DNA of 64,000 bases from a bacterium. Its GTDB lineage: Bacteria > Patescibacteriota > Minisyncoccia > Minisyncoccales > JANBVM01. This document shows, piece by piece, positions 27,055-37,615 of this stretch (positions are counted from its first letter, which is position 1; each line of letters starts with the position of its first letter). The notes below the pieces were generated by a model that was given only the letters and a program-made list of their open reading frames with translations, did not search any database and was not told the DNA's origin. The stretch is from assembly GCA_030588745.1 (NCBI GenBank), contig JAUUXB010000002.1, positions 4,683 through 68,682 on the forward strand. Reading direction: 5' to 3'. The translations under genes and the position numbers were made by a program.

Positions 27055-29112
27055 ATGAAATTAATAGTCGTTGAAAGTCCAACAAAATGCAAAACTTTAA
27101 AAAAGTTTTTAGGCAAAGATTTCAAAATCTCAGCAACAATGGGACATGTCAGAGATTTGCCGCAAAAAAAACTTGGTATTGATATTGAGCATAATTTTAA
27201 ACCTGAATACAAAACTATTGAAAAAAGAGAAAATACAATAAAAGATTTACAAAAAGAAACAAAAAAAGCAGAAAAAGTCTACTTAGCAATGGATCCCGAC
27301 AGAGAAGGAGAAGCAATTGCCTGGCACTTAAGCCAGGTTCTAAAACTTAAAGACCCAGAGCGTATTATCTTTCATGAGATTACAAAATCAGCAATTGAAC
27401 AAGCCTTAAAGCATCCAAGAAAAACTGATATGAAGCTAGTTGATTCCCAGCAAGCAAGAAGAATTTTAGACAGATTAGTTGGCTATAAATTGTCGCCTCT
27501 TTTATGGAAAAAAATAGCCAGAAGATTATCTGCTGGAAGAGTTCAGTCAGTGACTGTTAGGTTAGTTGCTGAAAGGGAAAAAGAGATTAAAGATTTCAAA
27601 CCCCAGGAATACTGGAGCATTGAAGCTCTTTTTGAAAAAGACAAAAAAGAGTTTAAAGCTTTGCTCATTAAAAAAGACAATAAAACAATTTCAAAACTAG
27701 GGATTGAAAACAAAAAACAGGCAAATAAAATTCTAAAAGATTTAAAGAAAGCTGAGTACAAAGTTGCTGATATAGAAAGAAAAGAAAAAAAGAGGAATCC
27801 CCTTCCTCCTTTTACAACTTCAACTCTTCAGCAAACAGCTTGGAGAAAATTCCGTTATCCAGCAAAACAAACAATGTTTTTAGCTCAAAAAATATATGAA
27901 AATGGTCTTATCACTTATCACAGAACAGACTCCTTAAACCTTTCCCAGCAATCCTTACTTCAAGCTAAAGAATTTATTATTGATAATTATGGGAAGAATT
28001 ACTGGCCAGGATTTTCTAGAAGATATAAAGCAAAAGGAAGGGTTCAAGAGGCTCACGAAGCAATAAGACCAACCTACCCAGAAAAAAGTCCAGAACAATT
28101 ACAAAAAAAATTAAATAAGAATGCTTTAAAAATTTATGAATTGATATGGACAAGATTTATTGCCTGTCAGATGAGCTCAGCTTTATTTAATTCATTGAAA
28201 ATTGACATTGATGCCAAAAATTATTTATTCAGAGCTAATGGACAAACCTTAAAGTTTGACGGGTTTTTAAAAGTTTATGCTTTGAAATTTGAAGAAGCTA
28301 TTCTTCCAGCTCTTGTTGTTAAAGAATTATTAAAATTAAAAAAACTGCTTTCTTTGCAGCACTTTACTCAACCACCACCAAGATATACAGAAGCCAGTTT
28401 AATTAAAACTTTAGAAAAAAATGGAATTGGAAGACCTTCAACATATGCCCCAATACTCTCTACAATTCAATTAAGAAACTATATTGAAAAAGATGAGCAA
28501 AAACGTTTCAAACCAACTGAAATTGGAATTAGGGTCAATAATCTGCTGGTAAATCATTTTCCAAAGATTGTTGATATTGGCTTTACAAAAAAAATGGAAG
28601 AAGATTTAGACGAAATAGCAAAAGGTGAAAAAAAATGGGTTCCAGTAATTAAGGAGTTCTATGAAGATTTTGAAAAAACTTTAAAACAGAAGGAAAAAGA
28701 AATTCCTCATAAAAAGCTAACTTATGAAAAAACAAGACAGAAATGCCCTCAATGCAAAAGCCCTATTGTTATAAAATTAGGAAGATATGGAAAATTCTAT
28801 GCTTGCAGCAATTTCCCAAAATGCAAATACACAAAAACAATTAAAGAAAATGACTTAAAAATAAAGTGTCCTAAATGTAAAAAAGGAGGGGTTGTAGAAA
28901 AGAGAACAAAAACAAAAAAAATCTTTTATGGTTGTTCAAACTGGCCTGAATGTGATTTTGCTACCTGGGATAAACCCCTTACAAAAAAAAGACTTATCTG
29001 GGGCAATAAAACTGTGCAAGAATGCCCTGAATGTAAATCTCCTTTAGTTGAAACTAAAAGAAAGCAGATCAAGTGTTCAAATAAGGAGTGCGGGTATGTT
29101 CAAGAAAAATAG
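27055..29112 (+). CDS. topA: DNA topoisomerase I
   Basis: VVESPTK, DPDREGE, SAGRVQS, ITYHRTD, C-terminal zinc ribbons. Confidence 0.97.
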   Translation: MKLIVVESPTKCKTLKKFLGKDFKISATMGHVRDLPQKKLGIDIEHNFKPEYKTIEKRENTIKDLQKETKKAEKVYLAMDPDREGEAIAWHLSQVLKLKDPERIIFHEITKSAIEQALKHPRKTDMKLVDSQQARRILDRLVGYKLSPLLWKKIARRLSAGRVQSVTVRLVAEREKEIKDFKPQEYWSIEALFEKDKKEFKALLIKKDNKTISKLGIENKKQANKILKDLKKAEYKVADIERKEKKRNPLPPFTTSTLQQTAWRKFRYPAKQTMFLAQKIYENGLITYHRTDSLNLSQQSLLQAKEFIIDNYGKNYWPGFSRRYKAKGRVQEAHEAIRPTYPEKSPEQLQKKLNKNALKIYELIWTRFIACQMSSALFNSLKIDIDAKNYLFRANGQTLKFDGFLKVYALKFEEAILPALVVKELLKLKKLLSLQHFTQPPPRYTEASLIKTLEKNGIGRPSTYAPILSTIQLRNYIEKDEQKRFKPTEIGIRVNNLLVNHFPKIVDIGFTKKMEEDLDEIAKGEKKWVPVIKEFYEDFEKTLKQKEKEIPHKKLTYEKTRQKCPQCKSPIVIKLGRYGKFYACSNFPKCKYTKTIKENDLKIKCPKCKKGGVVEKRTKTKKIFYGCSNWPECDFATWDKPLTKKRLIWGNKTVQECPECKSPLVETKRKQIKCSNKECGYVQEK

Positions 29113-29154
29113 ATTGACGCTTATGCTAAAAATTGATAATTTAAATTCACCTTG

Positions 29155-29237
29155 GCCGAAGTGGTGAAATGGCAAACACGGTAGATTCAAAATCTACTGC
29201 TCGTAAGGGCTTGTGGGTTCAACTCCCACCTTCGGCA
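29155..29237 (+). tRNA. tRNA-Leu(CAA)
   Basis: GCCGAAG/CTTCGGC acceptor stem, GTAGA-TTCAAAA-TCTAC anticodon arm, long variable arm, GGTTCAACTCC T-arm; CCA not encoded. Confidence 0.95.
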
Positions 29238-29246
29238 CTCTAAAAC

Positions 29247-29273
29247 AAAAACGCTTTTTAATCAGCGTTTTTT
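29247..29273. terminator. intrinsic terminator, probably bidirectional
   Basis: AAAACGCT...AGCGTTTTTT. Confidence 0.65.
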
Positions 29274-29287
29274 CTGTTTCGTGTTAA

Positions 29288-30550
29288 TTATCTTTTCTTT
29301 TTTATTACTCTTTTAAATTCTGTATAAAACAGCTTATTATCTTCAATGTTTTTAAAAATAACTGAACTTGGCCCAATCAAACAATCTGAACCAACTAAAA
29401 CTCCCGGCATAAAAGAGCAATTAATTCCTGTTTTTGTATTGTTACCTATCACGCATCCAAATCCTTTTAAGCCAGTTTCAATTTTTTTGTTTTTTACAAC
29501 ACTTTTAATTATTCCTTTGTCAATTCTCATATTGGCAGTAACTGCTCCAGCGCCTAATCTACAATTTTCTCCAATTATGGAGTCTCCAATATATCCTGAA
29601 TGCATGTGACTACCTTCACAAAAAACTGCATTTTTAACTTCTGCATTTGCACCAATTACAACTTTATTTTCTAAATTAGTGTAATCTCTAATTAGGGCAT
29701 TATTTCCAATAATACAATTGTCACCGATATAGCAAGGTCCTTTAATTACTGCATTTTCAAAAACTTTTGTATTCTTGCCAATATATACCTTGCCTTCAAT
29801 AACTGCCTTTTTAGAAATATGAACTGATTTTTTAATTTTTTGTTCTAAAAATTTATCGAACAAATAATTCTTCATTTCAAATAAATGCCAAGGATATTTC
29901 AAGGTAGCAATTTCATGCTTTTGTTTTAAAATTACTACTCTAATATCATTTTCTTTAGCATATTCTGACAAAGCATCTTCAAAATCATAAATGTGCTTTT
30001 TAATTTTTTTGTAGGTTGTAAAAAAACTGGGTTTTAAAATATATGCCCCTACAACTTTAATTCTTGATGGTGCTTTTCCTTTTTTCGGCTTTTCAACAAT
30101 GTCCAAAACCTTACTACCTTTAAGCTTCATTGTCCCAAAAAGCTCTGGAGTTTTTGTTTTTTGTCCAAACAATATTGAATCATAATCTTGACTTTTAATT
30201 TTTCCTTCTTGAACTATTTCATCAATATCTACTTTCTCAGCATTTAAAACTAAAAACCTGTCTTTTAATAAGTCTTTAGCTTGCCAGAGAGCATTTCCCA
30301 TTCCTTTTGCTTTTTTTTGAACCAAGAATTTTTTCTTTACTCCTAATTTGTATTTTTTAAGCTCTTTTTCAACATCTTTTATGGAACTCTGAATAATAAT
30401 TACTTTTGAAATTCCTATTTTTTCCAATCCTTTTAAAGTATAAAAAATCAATGGCTTTCCCATGACTTTTATTAAGCACTTGTTTTTTTTGTTTAAAGGC
30501 CAAAAACGACTAGAATCACCTGCTGCTAATACTACAGCTTGTTTTATCAT
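29288..30550 (-). CDS. bifunctional sugar-1-phosphate nucleotidyltransferase/acetyltransferase (archaeal-type GlmU)
   Basis: [15 protein letters not shown]-transferase domain plus hexapeptide left-handed beta-helix. Confidence 0.85.
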   Translation of the reverse strand: MIKQAVVLAAGDSSRFWPLNKKNKCLIKVMGKPLIFYTLKGLEKIGISKVIIIQSSIKDVEKELKKYKLGVKKKFLVQKKAKGMGNALWQAKDLLKDRFLVLNAEKVDIDEIVQEGKIKSQDYDSILFGQKTKTPELFGTMKLKGSKVLDIVEKPKKGKAPSRIKVVGAYILKPSFFTTYKKIKKHIYDFEDALSEYAKENDIRVVILKQKHEIATLKYPWHLFEMKNYLFDKFLEQKIKKSVHISKKAVIEGKVYIGKNTKVFENAVIKGPCYIGDNCIIGNNALIRDYTNLENKVVIGANAEVKNAVFCEGSHMHSGYIGDSIIGENCRLGAGAVTANMRIDKGIIKSVVKNKKIETGLKGFGCVIGNNTKTGINCSFMPGVLVGSDCLIGPSSVIFKNIEDNKLFYTEFKRVIKKKR

Positions 30551-31512
30551 ATCAAAGACAAGATTATTTTTACTACTTTATCTGAATCATGAACAATTTC
30601 TCCCGAAGAAGTTATTAAATCTCTTCCAATGAATTTCTTTTTCTTTGCCAGATTTTTGTCGAAATCAATTAAATTTAAAAATTCAGGATGTTTTTTCTTG
30701 TTTGATTTTAATCTTTGAATAGAAGGTCTTTTTGTATTGTAAATCACGTAATCCAGTCCATCCTTAAGATATTTTTCTATTTCATTAGTAAAATCCAAAA
30801 CACTGAAATTATTAGTTTCACCATGCTTTGTCATTAAATTAGCTATATATATTGTTTTAGCCCTGCTTTTTTTAATTACCTCAGACATCCCTTTTGTTAA
30901 TAGAATTTGAAGTAAAGATGAATACAAATCACCTGGTCCAATTACAATTAAATCAGCTTTTTTAATTGCCTCAATTGCTTTTGGATAAGCCTTTGCTTTT
31001 GGCTTTAAGAAAACTTTTTTAATCTTTAATTTCCTATTATGCTTGGGAATATCAATATTAGTTTCGCCAGATATTATCTTGCCGTTTTCCAGTTCTGCAT
31101 AAAGGGTGGAATTGTCCAGCGTTGCTGGTAAAACTTTGTGTTTAATGTTTAAAATCTTGCACATTTCATCACAGATTTTCCCATAATCGTTTTTTGTAGA
31201 AAGCTCTAAGGCGGTAATTAAAAGATTAGCAAAATTATGTCCCTTTAAACCACCTGTTTCAAACCTATAATTTAAAAGGTTTTCTATTACAGGAGAAGTA
31301 TCAGCTAAAGCAATAAATGCTCTTCTGATATCTCCAGGAGAAACAATTCTATAATCTTTTCTCAAGCGTCCGGCTGAACCGCCGGAATCAAGCATTGCGC
31401 AAACAACAGAAATTTCAACTGGATATTTCTTTAAAACAGCTAATACTGCTTTTGGCATAGCATTGCCGCCTCCAAGACAAACTATTCTTTTATTTTTATA
31501 ATTTAACTTCAT
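30547..31512 (-). CDS. YvcK/GlmR (CofD-related) protein
   Basis: [28 protein letters not shown]. Confidence 0.9.
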   Translation of the reverse strand: MKLNYKNKRIVCLGGGNAMPKAVLAVLKKYPVEISVVCAMLDSGGSAGRLRKDYRIVSPGDIRRAFIALADTSPVIENLLNYRFETGGLKGHNFANLLITALELSTKNDYGKICDEMCKILNIKHKVLPATLDNSTLYAELENGKIISGETNIDIPKHNRKLKIKKVFLKPKAKAYPKAIEAIKKADLIVIGPGDLYSSLLQILLTKGMSEVIKKSRAKTIYIANLMTKHGETNNFSVLDFTNEIEKYLKDGLDYVIYNTKRPSIQRLKSNKKKHPEFLNLIDFDKNLAKKKKFIGRDLITSSGEIVHDSDKVVKIILSLI

Positions 31513-32137
31513 GAGTAATTTTTAAAATTTCTTTTTTAGAAATCTGACCTTTTCTTAAAATTTTGAAACTCTCCATGTCAATTACAGTAGAAGGCAAAGA
31601 TTTTTTTAAATTTCCAGCATTTAAAATTAAATCAGGCTGGTTTTTTTTATCTTCAAATTGTTTTATTACTTCTTTGATTTTTCCTGATGCTTTTTTTCCT
31701 GTAATATTAGCTGACGTTGCTACTAAAGGAACGTCTGTTTTTTTTATTATAACATTTAAAACCTTATAATCAGGAATTCTCAAACCGATTTTTTTATGTT
31801 TACTAATCACTCCTCTTGGAAACTTCAAAGGTTTTGCCTTTAAAACTGCTGTTAATTTTCCAGGCCAGATTTTTTTTAAAAACTTTTCTTGAGACTGACT
31901 AATAAAAGCTATAGTTTTTGCGACTTTAATATTTTTTACAAACACAGGGAACGGTTTATTGGATTTTCTTTTTTTAATTTCAAAAACTTTTTTAACTGCA
32001 GAATAATTTTTAGCATCAGCTATTAAACCATAAACTGTATCAGTAGGGCAAATCACAACCCCTCCTTTTTTAATAATTAAAACAGCTTGTTTTAAAACTA
32101 ATTTTTGATTTTTAAGATTTACTTTTAGAGTTTTCAT
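31496..32137 (-). CDS. tsaC: threonylcarbamoyl-AMP synthase (TsaC/Sua5)
   Basis: PTDTVYGL, WPGKLT, TSANITG, PSTVID. Confidence 0.92.
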   Translation of the reverse strand: MKTLKVNLKNQKLVLKQAVLIIKKGGVVICPTDTVYGLIADAKNYSAVKKVFEIKKRKSNKPFPVFVKNIKVAKTIAFISQSQEKFLKKIWPGKLTAVLKAKPLKFPRGVISKHKKIGLRIPDYKVLNVIIKKTDVPLVATSANITGKKASGKIKEVIKQFEDKKNQPDLILNAGNLKKSLPSTVIDMESFKILRKGQISKKEILKITHEVKL

Positions 32138-32840
32138 TTTTAAAAAACTTAGAAACTCTCATAATGTCTGCTGGGTTACTAAAATCCAGCCAATAGTCAC
32201 TAATTTGTTTCACTTTTACTTTTTTATCCCTTGCCAAAAGATTGATAGCATCAGTTAATTCGTATTCTCCTCTTTTTGAAAGCTTAACATCTTTTAGTTT
32301 ATCGAAAATCTCTGGAGTGAATTTATATAGTCCTATATTTATTAAATTACCAATATGTTTCTTTGGTTTTTCAATTATTTTTTTTAAAAATCCATCCTCA
32401 ATATTTAACACTCCGTATTTTTCTGGATTCTTATGGTTCAAACAAGCCATGTAATTATAATCATCATCAATATTGAAAGCTTTAAAATCTCTTGGAGAAA
32501 AAAGATGGTCTCCATAAACCATTATAAAGTTTTCATCCTTTATAAAATCTTTTACACATTCTAAAGCGCAAGCTGTTCCATACTTTTCTTTCCCTAAAAT
32601 CTCAAACTGATCCACAACACGAACACTATACTTCTCTTTGTTTAAAAACTCCTTTATCTTTTCTTTTTTATATCCTACTACTAAAACCAGTTCTTTGTAT
32701 CCTGCTTTTAAAAGATTATCTAAAAGATAACTTAAAAAAGGAACATTGCAAGTATTAATCAGCTGTTTTGGCTTGTTTTTAGTTAAATGAAGCATACGGG
32801 TTCCTTTTCCCGCAGCTGCAATGATGACTTTTTTAATCAT
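32112..32840 (-). CDS. sugar-phosphate nucleotidyltransferase
   Basis: AAGKGTRM...PKQL, YGD, EKP, RGEYELTD. Confidence 0.9.
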   Translation of the reverse strand: MIKKVIIAAAGKGTRMLHLTKNKPKQLINTCNVPFLSYLLDNLLKAGYKELVLVVGYKKEKIKEFLNKEKYSVRVVDQFEILGKEKYGTACALECVKDFIKDENFIMVYGDHLFSPRDFKAFNIDDDYNYMACLNHKNPEKYGVLNIEDGFLKKIIEKPKKHIGNLINIGLYKFTPEIFDKLKDVKLSKRGEYELTDAINLLARDKKVKVKQISDYWLDFSNPADIMRVSKFFKNENSKSKS

Positions 32841-33032
32841 ATATTTTAAAAACTCTCATTTTTTATACCATAAATCTAAATTGAATCAAGGATAGAATGT
32901 TTAAAATTGCATTTCAATATTATAGAAATTTGACAAAAATTAAAAGGGGTGTTATTTTATCATCACGAAGTGAGGATTAGCTAAAAGCTAACTCAATGAT
33001 CTTTAAAAAATTAATAAAAAAGGTGAAAAAAA

Positions 33033-33692
33033 ATTAGTAGAGATGAAAAAATTATTGAAAATGCGCAAAATTTATATAATCAAGGAGAGTGGTCGAAAGC
33101 AATTGAATTACTCGATACGCTCCTTACAACTCATAATGAAGAGGATGTTGCTGAAGCAAACCGAATAAGAGGTTGGTGCTATTACTACCTTGGGATAAAG
33201 GGTGATGAAAGTAAAAAAAATGAAAATCTTGAGAAAGCTGAAGAACATTTCGAATTAAGCTTAGCGGGAGTTAAAGAAAACGAGGCAAAAGTTTCTGCAT
33301 TAAACGGGCTGGCATTATCTTTGTGGATTCTAGGGAAGAAAGAAGAAGCAAAACTAGAAAGTTTTAAAGCTACGGAAAAATTTCCACAGGAACCTTCTGT
33401 TTGGAATACAAGAAGTATTCTTTGCCGATGGGCAGGAGATTTTGAGACAAGTGTTAATGTCTGCGAAAGAGTCTATCAAACAGCTGTAGCTAAAAAAGAT
33501 TTTAGAACAGCGGGTCACGGTAAACACAATAGAGGAAATGCATTAGTAAAACTAGGGAAAATTGAAGAAGCAAAAGAAGAGTATGAAAAAGCAATAAAGA
33601 TGTACAAGAAATATGAAGGAAAAACCGGAGAAAGCGCGGAATTCCACTTAAAAAGTGTACGACAAAAACTCGCAACTTTAATCATTAAATAG
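33033..33692 (+). CDS. TPR-repeat protein (219 aa), probable ATT start
   Basis: The 33321 ORF frame stays open 96 codons upstream to ATT at 33033, preceded by AGGTG SD and an in-frame TGA at 33024; TPR-like helices throughout. Confidence 0.7.
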   Translation: MSRDEKIIENAQNLYNQGEWSKAIELLDTLLTTHNEEDVAEANRIRGWCYYYLGIKGDESKKNENLEKAEEHFELSLAGVKENEAKVSALNGLALSLWILGKKEEAKLESFKATEKFPQEPSVWNTRSILCRWAGDFETSVNVCERVYQTAVAKKDFRTAGHGKHNRGNALVKLGKIEEAKEEYEKAIKMYKKYEGKTGESAEFHLKSVRQKLATLIIK

Positions 33693-33755
33693 CGCAACCA
33701 AAGCGCTTATTTTTTTATTTGCCAAAAACCAAGATTAAACGTATAATAAGCAATT

Positions 33756-35024
33756 ATGAAAAGGGCATACATAATTAAAGGAAGCAAAAAACCTCTAAAA
33801 GGTGAAGTTGAAATTCAAGGCCACAAAAATGCTGCTGGCCCTATTTTAGCAGCAACCATTTTAACAAAAGAACCATGCATAATTGATAATATACCAAGAA
33901 TAAGCGATATTTTAAATTTCATTGAAATGATAGAGCAGATTGGAGCTGAAGTTAAGTGGCTTAATCCTCATAAAATCAAAATAAGCACAAAAGATATTGA
34001 TGCTAAAAAAATACCGGTAGATTTATTCAGAAGAATGAGGATGTCAGTGCTTTTAATTGCTCCTTTGCTTTCAAGGTTTAAAACATTCAAAGTCCCTCAT
34101 CCTGGCGGAGATAAAATAGGACTAAGACCAATTTCTTCTCATTTAGACGCCTTAAAAGAATTTGGAGTCCAAATCAAAGAACAGCCTGGCTATTATATCT
34201 TTAAAGCACCAACTAAAAAATCAGGAAAAAGAGTAGTTTTAAGAGAATTCTCTGTTACAGCCACTGAAAACATGATGATGTTGGCTAGTGGAATACAAGG
34301 AAAAAGCAGAATTGAAACAGCTGCCTGTGAACCACATGTTCAGGATTTAGGAAGATTCTTACAAAAAATGGGGGCTAAAATCAAAGGTATTGGCACTCAC
34401 ACTGTAAAAATAGAAGGAAAAGAAAATTTAGCTGGAGCAAAACATTCAATATGTCCTGATTTTACAGAGGCTGGTACATTTTTCCTGGCTTTTGCTTTAA
34501 CTGGTGGTGAAGGCAGAATTAAGAATATTGACCCAAGCGCTTTAACGTTTTTCTTGGAAAAAATGAAAGATATTGGAGTAAATTTTGAAGTTAAAAAAAA
34601 TGAAATCATAGTGAAAAAATCAAAAGATTTTAAAGCTGTAAAAATTCAATCACTTCCATTCCCAGGATTTCCTACTGACCTCCAGCCTCAAGCAACAGTT
34701 CTATTAACTCAAGCAAAAGGAAAATCTTTAATCCACGACCCTCTATATGAAAATAGATTTAGCCACTTACAGGAACTAAGAGCAATGGGAGCTGATATTG
34801 AGATTACTGACCCTCATAGAGCTTTAATATTTGGAAAAACAAAATTTATTGCAAACCATATTACTGCTACTGATATTAGGGCAGGAGCAACACTGATTTT
34901 AGCAGCTTTAATTGCTAAGGGAACAAGTAAAATTCATAACGTTCATCAAATTGAAAGAGGTTATGAAAGATTTGATGAAAAGTTGAAAAAATTAGGAGCT
35001 GACATTAAAATTAAAAATCTTTAA
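33756..35024 (+). CDS. murA: UDP-N-acetylglucosamine 1-carboxyvinyltransferase
   Basis: GHKNA, PGGDKIGLRP, SVTATEN, FPGFPTDLQ, DIRAGA. Confidence 0.95.
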   Translation: MKRAYIIKGSKKPLKGEVEIQGHKNAAGPILAATILTKEPCIIDNIPRISDILNFIEMIEQIGAEVKWLNPHKIKISTKDIDAKKIPVDLFRRMRMSVLLIAPLLSRFKTFKVPHPGGDKIGLRPISSHLDALKEFGVQIKEQPGYYIFKAPTKKSGKRVVLREFSVTATENMMMLASGIQGKSRIETAACEPHVQDLGRFLQKMGAKIKGIGTHTVKIEGKENLAGAKHSICPDFTEAGTFFLAFALTGGEGRIKNIDPSALTFFLEKMKDIGVNFEVKKNEIIVKKSKDFKAVKIQSLPFPGFPTDLQPQATVLLTQAKGKSLIHDPLYENRFSHLQELRAMGADIEITDPHRALIFGKTKFIANHITATDIRAGATLILAALIAKGTSKIHNVHQIERGYERFDEKLKKLGADIKIKNL

Positions 35025-35040
35025 AAATATTTCTTCAAAT

Positions 35041-35068
35041 ACAAAACCCGCTTTTAGCGGGTTTTTGT
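35041..35068. terminator. bidirectional intrinsic terminator
   Basis: AAAACCCGC-TTTTA-GCGGGTTTTT between convergent genes. Confidence 0.8.
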
Positions 35069-35082
35069 GCTTGAGAATTAGT

Positions 35083-35949
35083 TTACTGGAACTGCTTTAT
35101 CATTTTCTCCCAATCAACTTCTCTTTTAACTTTATACCAAGGGTCTTTTAATGTTTCTCTTTTCTCTTCAAAGCTTGGTTTGTTTATTTTATAGAACACA
35201 CCAATGGGGATTTTAGCACTCTCATCTAGAGAATAATTCCATTCATGAGCTTTTTTCAAAGCCTCCTCATAATTAGAACTGTCATGATTGTCTAACTTAT
35301 AAATCCTTTCCTCTAAATATTCTTTTGGATTATTGTAAATCAAACAGGGCTGAAGCACATCAACTAAAGCAAATCCTTTATGCATTATTGCTTTTTTAAA
35401 CAATTCTTTTAAATGATCTTTTTCATTGGTATAACCACGAGCCACAAAAGTAGCTCCACTTACCAAAGCCAGTGCAATTGGATTTATTGGTTCTTCTAAT
35501 TTTCCAAATGGAGTTGAACCACTAATGAACCCTTTTTCTGAAGTAGGACTTGCCTGGCCAGTAGTTAAAGCAAAGGTTTTGTTGTTGTGCACAACCATTG
35601 TTAAATCATTATTATAACGGCAGGCATGAATGAAATGAGCCATTCCTTCAGCATAAGTATCACCATCTCCCCCAAAACCAATTACAGTTAATTCTGGATT
35701 GCCTACCTTCATTCCAATACAAGGAGGAATAACCCTGCCATGCAAGCTGTAAAATCCATTAATGTTAATGTAATCAAAAATCTTAGCATGACATCCAATA
35801 CCAGATGCCATTACAATGTTTTTTTTCTTAATCTTGTTCTCTTTCACTAAATCTACTAAAGCATTCTGGATAGCATTCAAAAGCATGAAATTATAACATC
35901 CTAGGCACCAAGTATTAATTTCTTTTGTTTGAAAATCTTGTATTTTCAT
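35083..35949 (-). CDS. 2-oxoacid:ferredoxin oxidoreductase beta subunit
   Basis: WCLGC, SGIGC, GGDGD TPP motif, TGQASPT. Confidence 0.92.
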   Translation of the reverse strand: MKIQDFQTKEINTWCLGCYNFMLLNAIQNALVDLVKENKIKKKNIVMASGIGCHAKIFDYININGFYSLHGRVIPPCIGMKVGNPELTVIGFGGDGDTYAEGMAHFIHACRYNNDLTMVVHNNKTFALTTGQASPTSEKGFISGSTPFGKLEEPINPIALALVSGATFVARGYTNEKDHLKELFKKAIMHKGFALVDVLQPCLIYNNPKEYLEERIYKLDNHDSSNYEEALKKAHEWNYSLDESAKIPIGVFYKINKPSFEEKRETLKDPWYKVKREVDWEKMIKQFQ

Positions 35950-35951
35950 AA

Positions 35952-37595
35952 TTAGAATTGTTTAATCGTATTAATTATTGTTTCAGGAATAAATGGACGA
36001 GCATCATACTGCAATACTTTGTTTTTAATAATATGGCCAGTTTTCTCAGCAATAATATCACCTAGTTGTCCAGTAGCATTATTCTCAACCAATACCACTT
36101 TATCAGAACTCTCAAGCTCTTTTTTAACCATATCAGTTGGAAATGGATTAATGTAAGAAATCTGCATAAACCTATAATCATCTAAATCTTTTAAAGCATC
36201 GAGAATTGCTCCTTTTGTTGAGCCCCAACCAACTATTAAATTCTTTCCTTGACCATAAACACTTACTGGATTTAATTTATTAATCTCATCAGTAATAGTT
36301 TTTTCTTTCTTCAATCTTTTATCAGTCATCTTATTCATCCACTCACCTTCTTCAGTAGTATTTCCATATTCATCATGCTCATAACTTGTGACTTTAATAA
36401 TTGGTCCCTGACCAGGAACAGCACGAGGAGAATTGCCATCTTCTGTAATTTTATACCCCCTATAATCATCTGAGGGGTTTTCAATAATAAACCTATCAGA
36501 ACTAACAGAAGATTTTTCAAGTTTATCAAAAGTATAATCACTTTCTGCTAAATGCTTGTCAGAAACAAGTATAACTAAACTTCTGTACTTATTAGCTAAA
36601 TAAAATGCCTCTTGAGTTCTGATTATTGCTTCCTGAGGATCTCCTGGAGCAACAACGATTCTTGTGAATTCACCTTGGCCAATATTAACTGCAAACTTCA
36701 AATCAGCCTGAGCAGTGTAAGTTGGAACACCGCTAGCAGGACCAGTTCTCTGAGCTAAGTATACAACTAAAGGAATTTCACCCATTCCAGCCAAGCTCAT
36801 TGCCTCACCCATCAAAGCAAACCCTCCTCCTGAAGTTCCAACCATGGCTTTAGCACCAGCAAAAGAAGCACCAAGAGCAGCATTAACAACTGCAATTTCA
36901 CTTTCAAGTTGTATAACTAATAAATTATGATCTTTTTCTTTTGCTGCTAAATGATGCAGGATTGCAGTAGCTGGTGTCATTGGATAAGCAATATACACAT
37001 CAATATTAGATACAATTGCTCCTGTGCTGACTGCTTTACTTCCAGAAATAAAGTATTTTTGACCGTCCAGTGGCTTGAAATCTTCTACTTTTTCTCCAAG
37101 ACCATAGCCTATTTTTGCTGATTCTTTAATTAAATTAATCTTCTTTCCTCCAAATCTTTCTTCTAATTCTTTCATTAAAAAATCTTCAGTCATTCCAAAA
37201 TACTTGAACAGCCAGCCAATTAAAATATCATTCTCTATTACTGGCTTAGCATTTAAGTTTTTTAAGATAGGTTGTATATCAATAGGATAAAACTTTTTTT
37301 CTGTTTTTAAATCCTTATCACCTACAATAAAACCATTTTCTTTTAAACCTTTAGCATGTTTATCAATTGTAGTCTGATCAAGTGCAATAATTAGATCATA
37401 TTTATTGCTGTGGGAATAAACAGGTTTATCAGAGATTTTAATTACATTGAAATTATGACCTCCCCTTATTAATGAAGGATAGTCCCTGTAATTAAAAACA
37501 TAATAACCTGAAGAAGAAAAAACCTCTCCTATAAAGTATGAGGTTACATTGGTTCCTTGGCCCGCTTTCCCTCCAATTAAAATTGTTTTTTCCAT
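35952..37595 (-). CDS. 2-oxoacid:ferredoxin oxidoreductase alpha subunit (fused gamma domain)
   Basis: GGKAGQG, IRGGHN, YPMTPA, TSGGGF. Confidence 0.92.
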   Translation of the reverse strand: MEKTILIGGKAGQGTNVTSYFIGEVFSSSGYYVFNYRDYPSLIRGGHNFNVIKISDKPVYSHSNKYDLIIALDQTTIDKHAKGLKENGFIVGDKDLKTEKKFYPIDIQPILKNLNAKPVIENDILIGWLFKYFGMTEDFLMKELEERFGGKKINLIKESAKIGYGLGEKVEDFKPLDGQKYFISGSKAVSTGAIVSNIDVYIAYPMTPATAILHHLAAKEKDHNLLVIQLESEIAVVNAALGASFAGAKAMVGTSGGGFALMGEAMSLAGMGEIPLVVYLAQRTGPASGVPTYTAQADLKFAVNIGQGEFTRIVVAPGDPQEAIIRTQEAFYLANKYRSLVILVSDKHLAESDYTFDKLEKSSVSSDRFIIENPSDDYRGYKITEDGNSPRAVPGQGPIIKVTSYEHDEYGNTTEEGEWMNKMTDKRLKKEKTITDEINKLNPVSVYGQGKNLIVGWGSTKGAILDALKDLDDYRFMQISYINPFPTDMVKKELESSDKVVLVENNATGQLGDIIAEKTGHIIKNKVLQYDARPFIPETIINTIKQF

Positions 37596-37615
37596 AAATT
37601 TTTTTGTTTTCTTAA

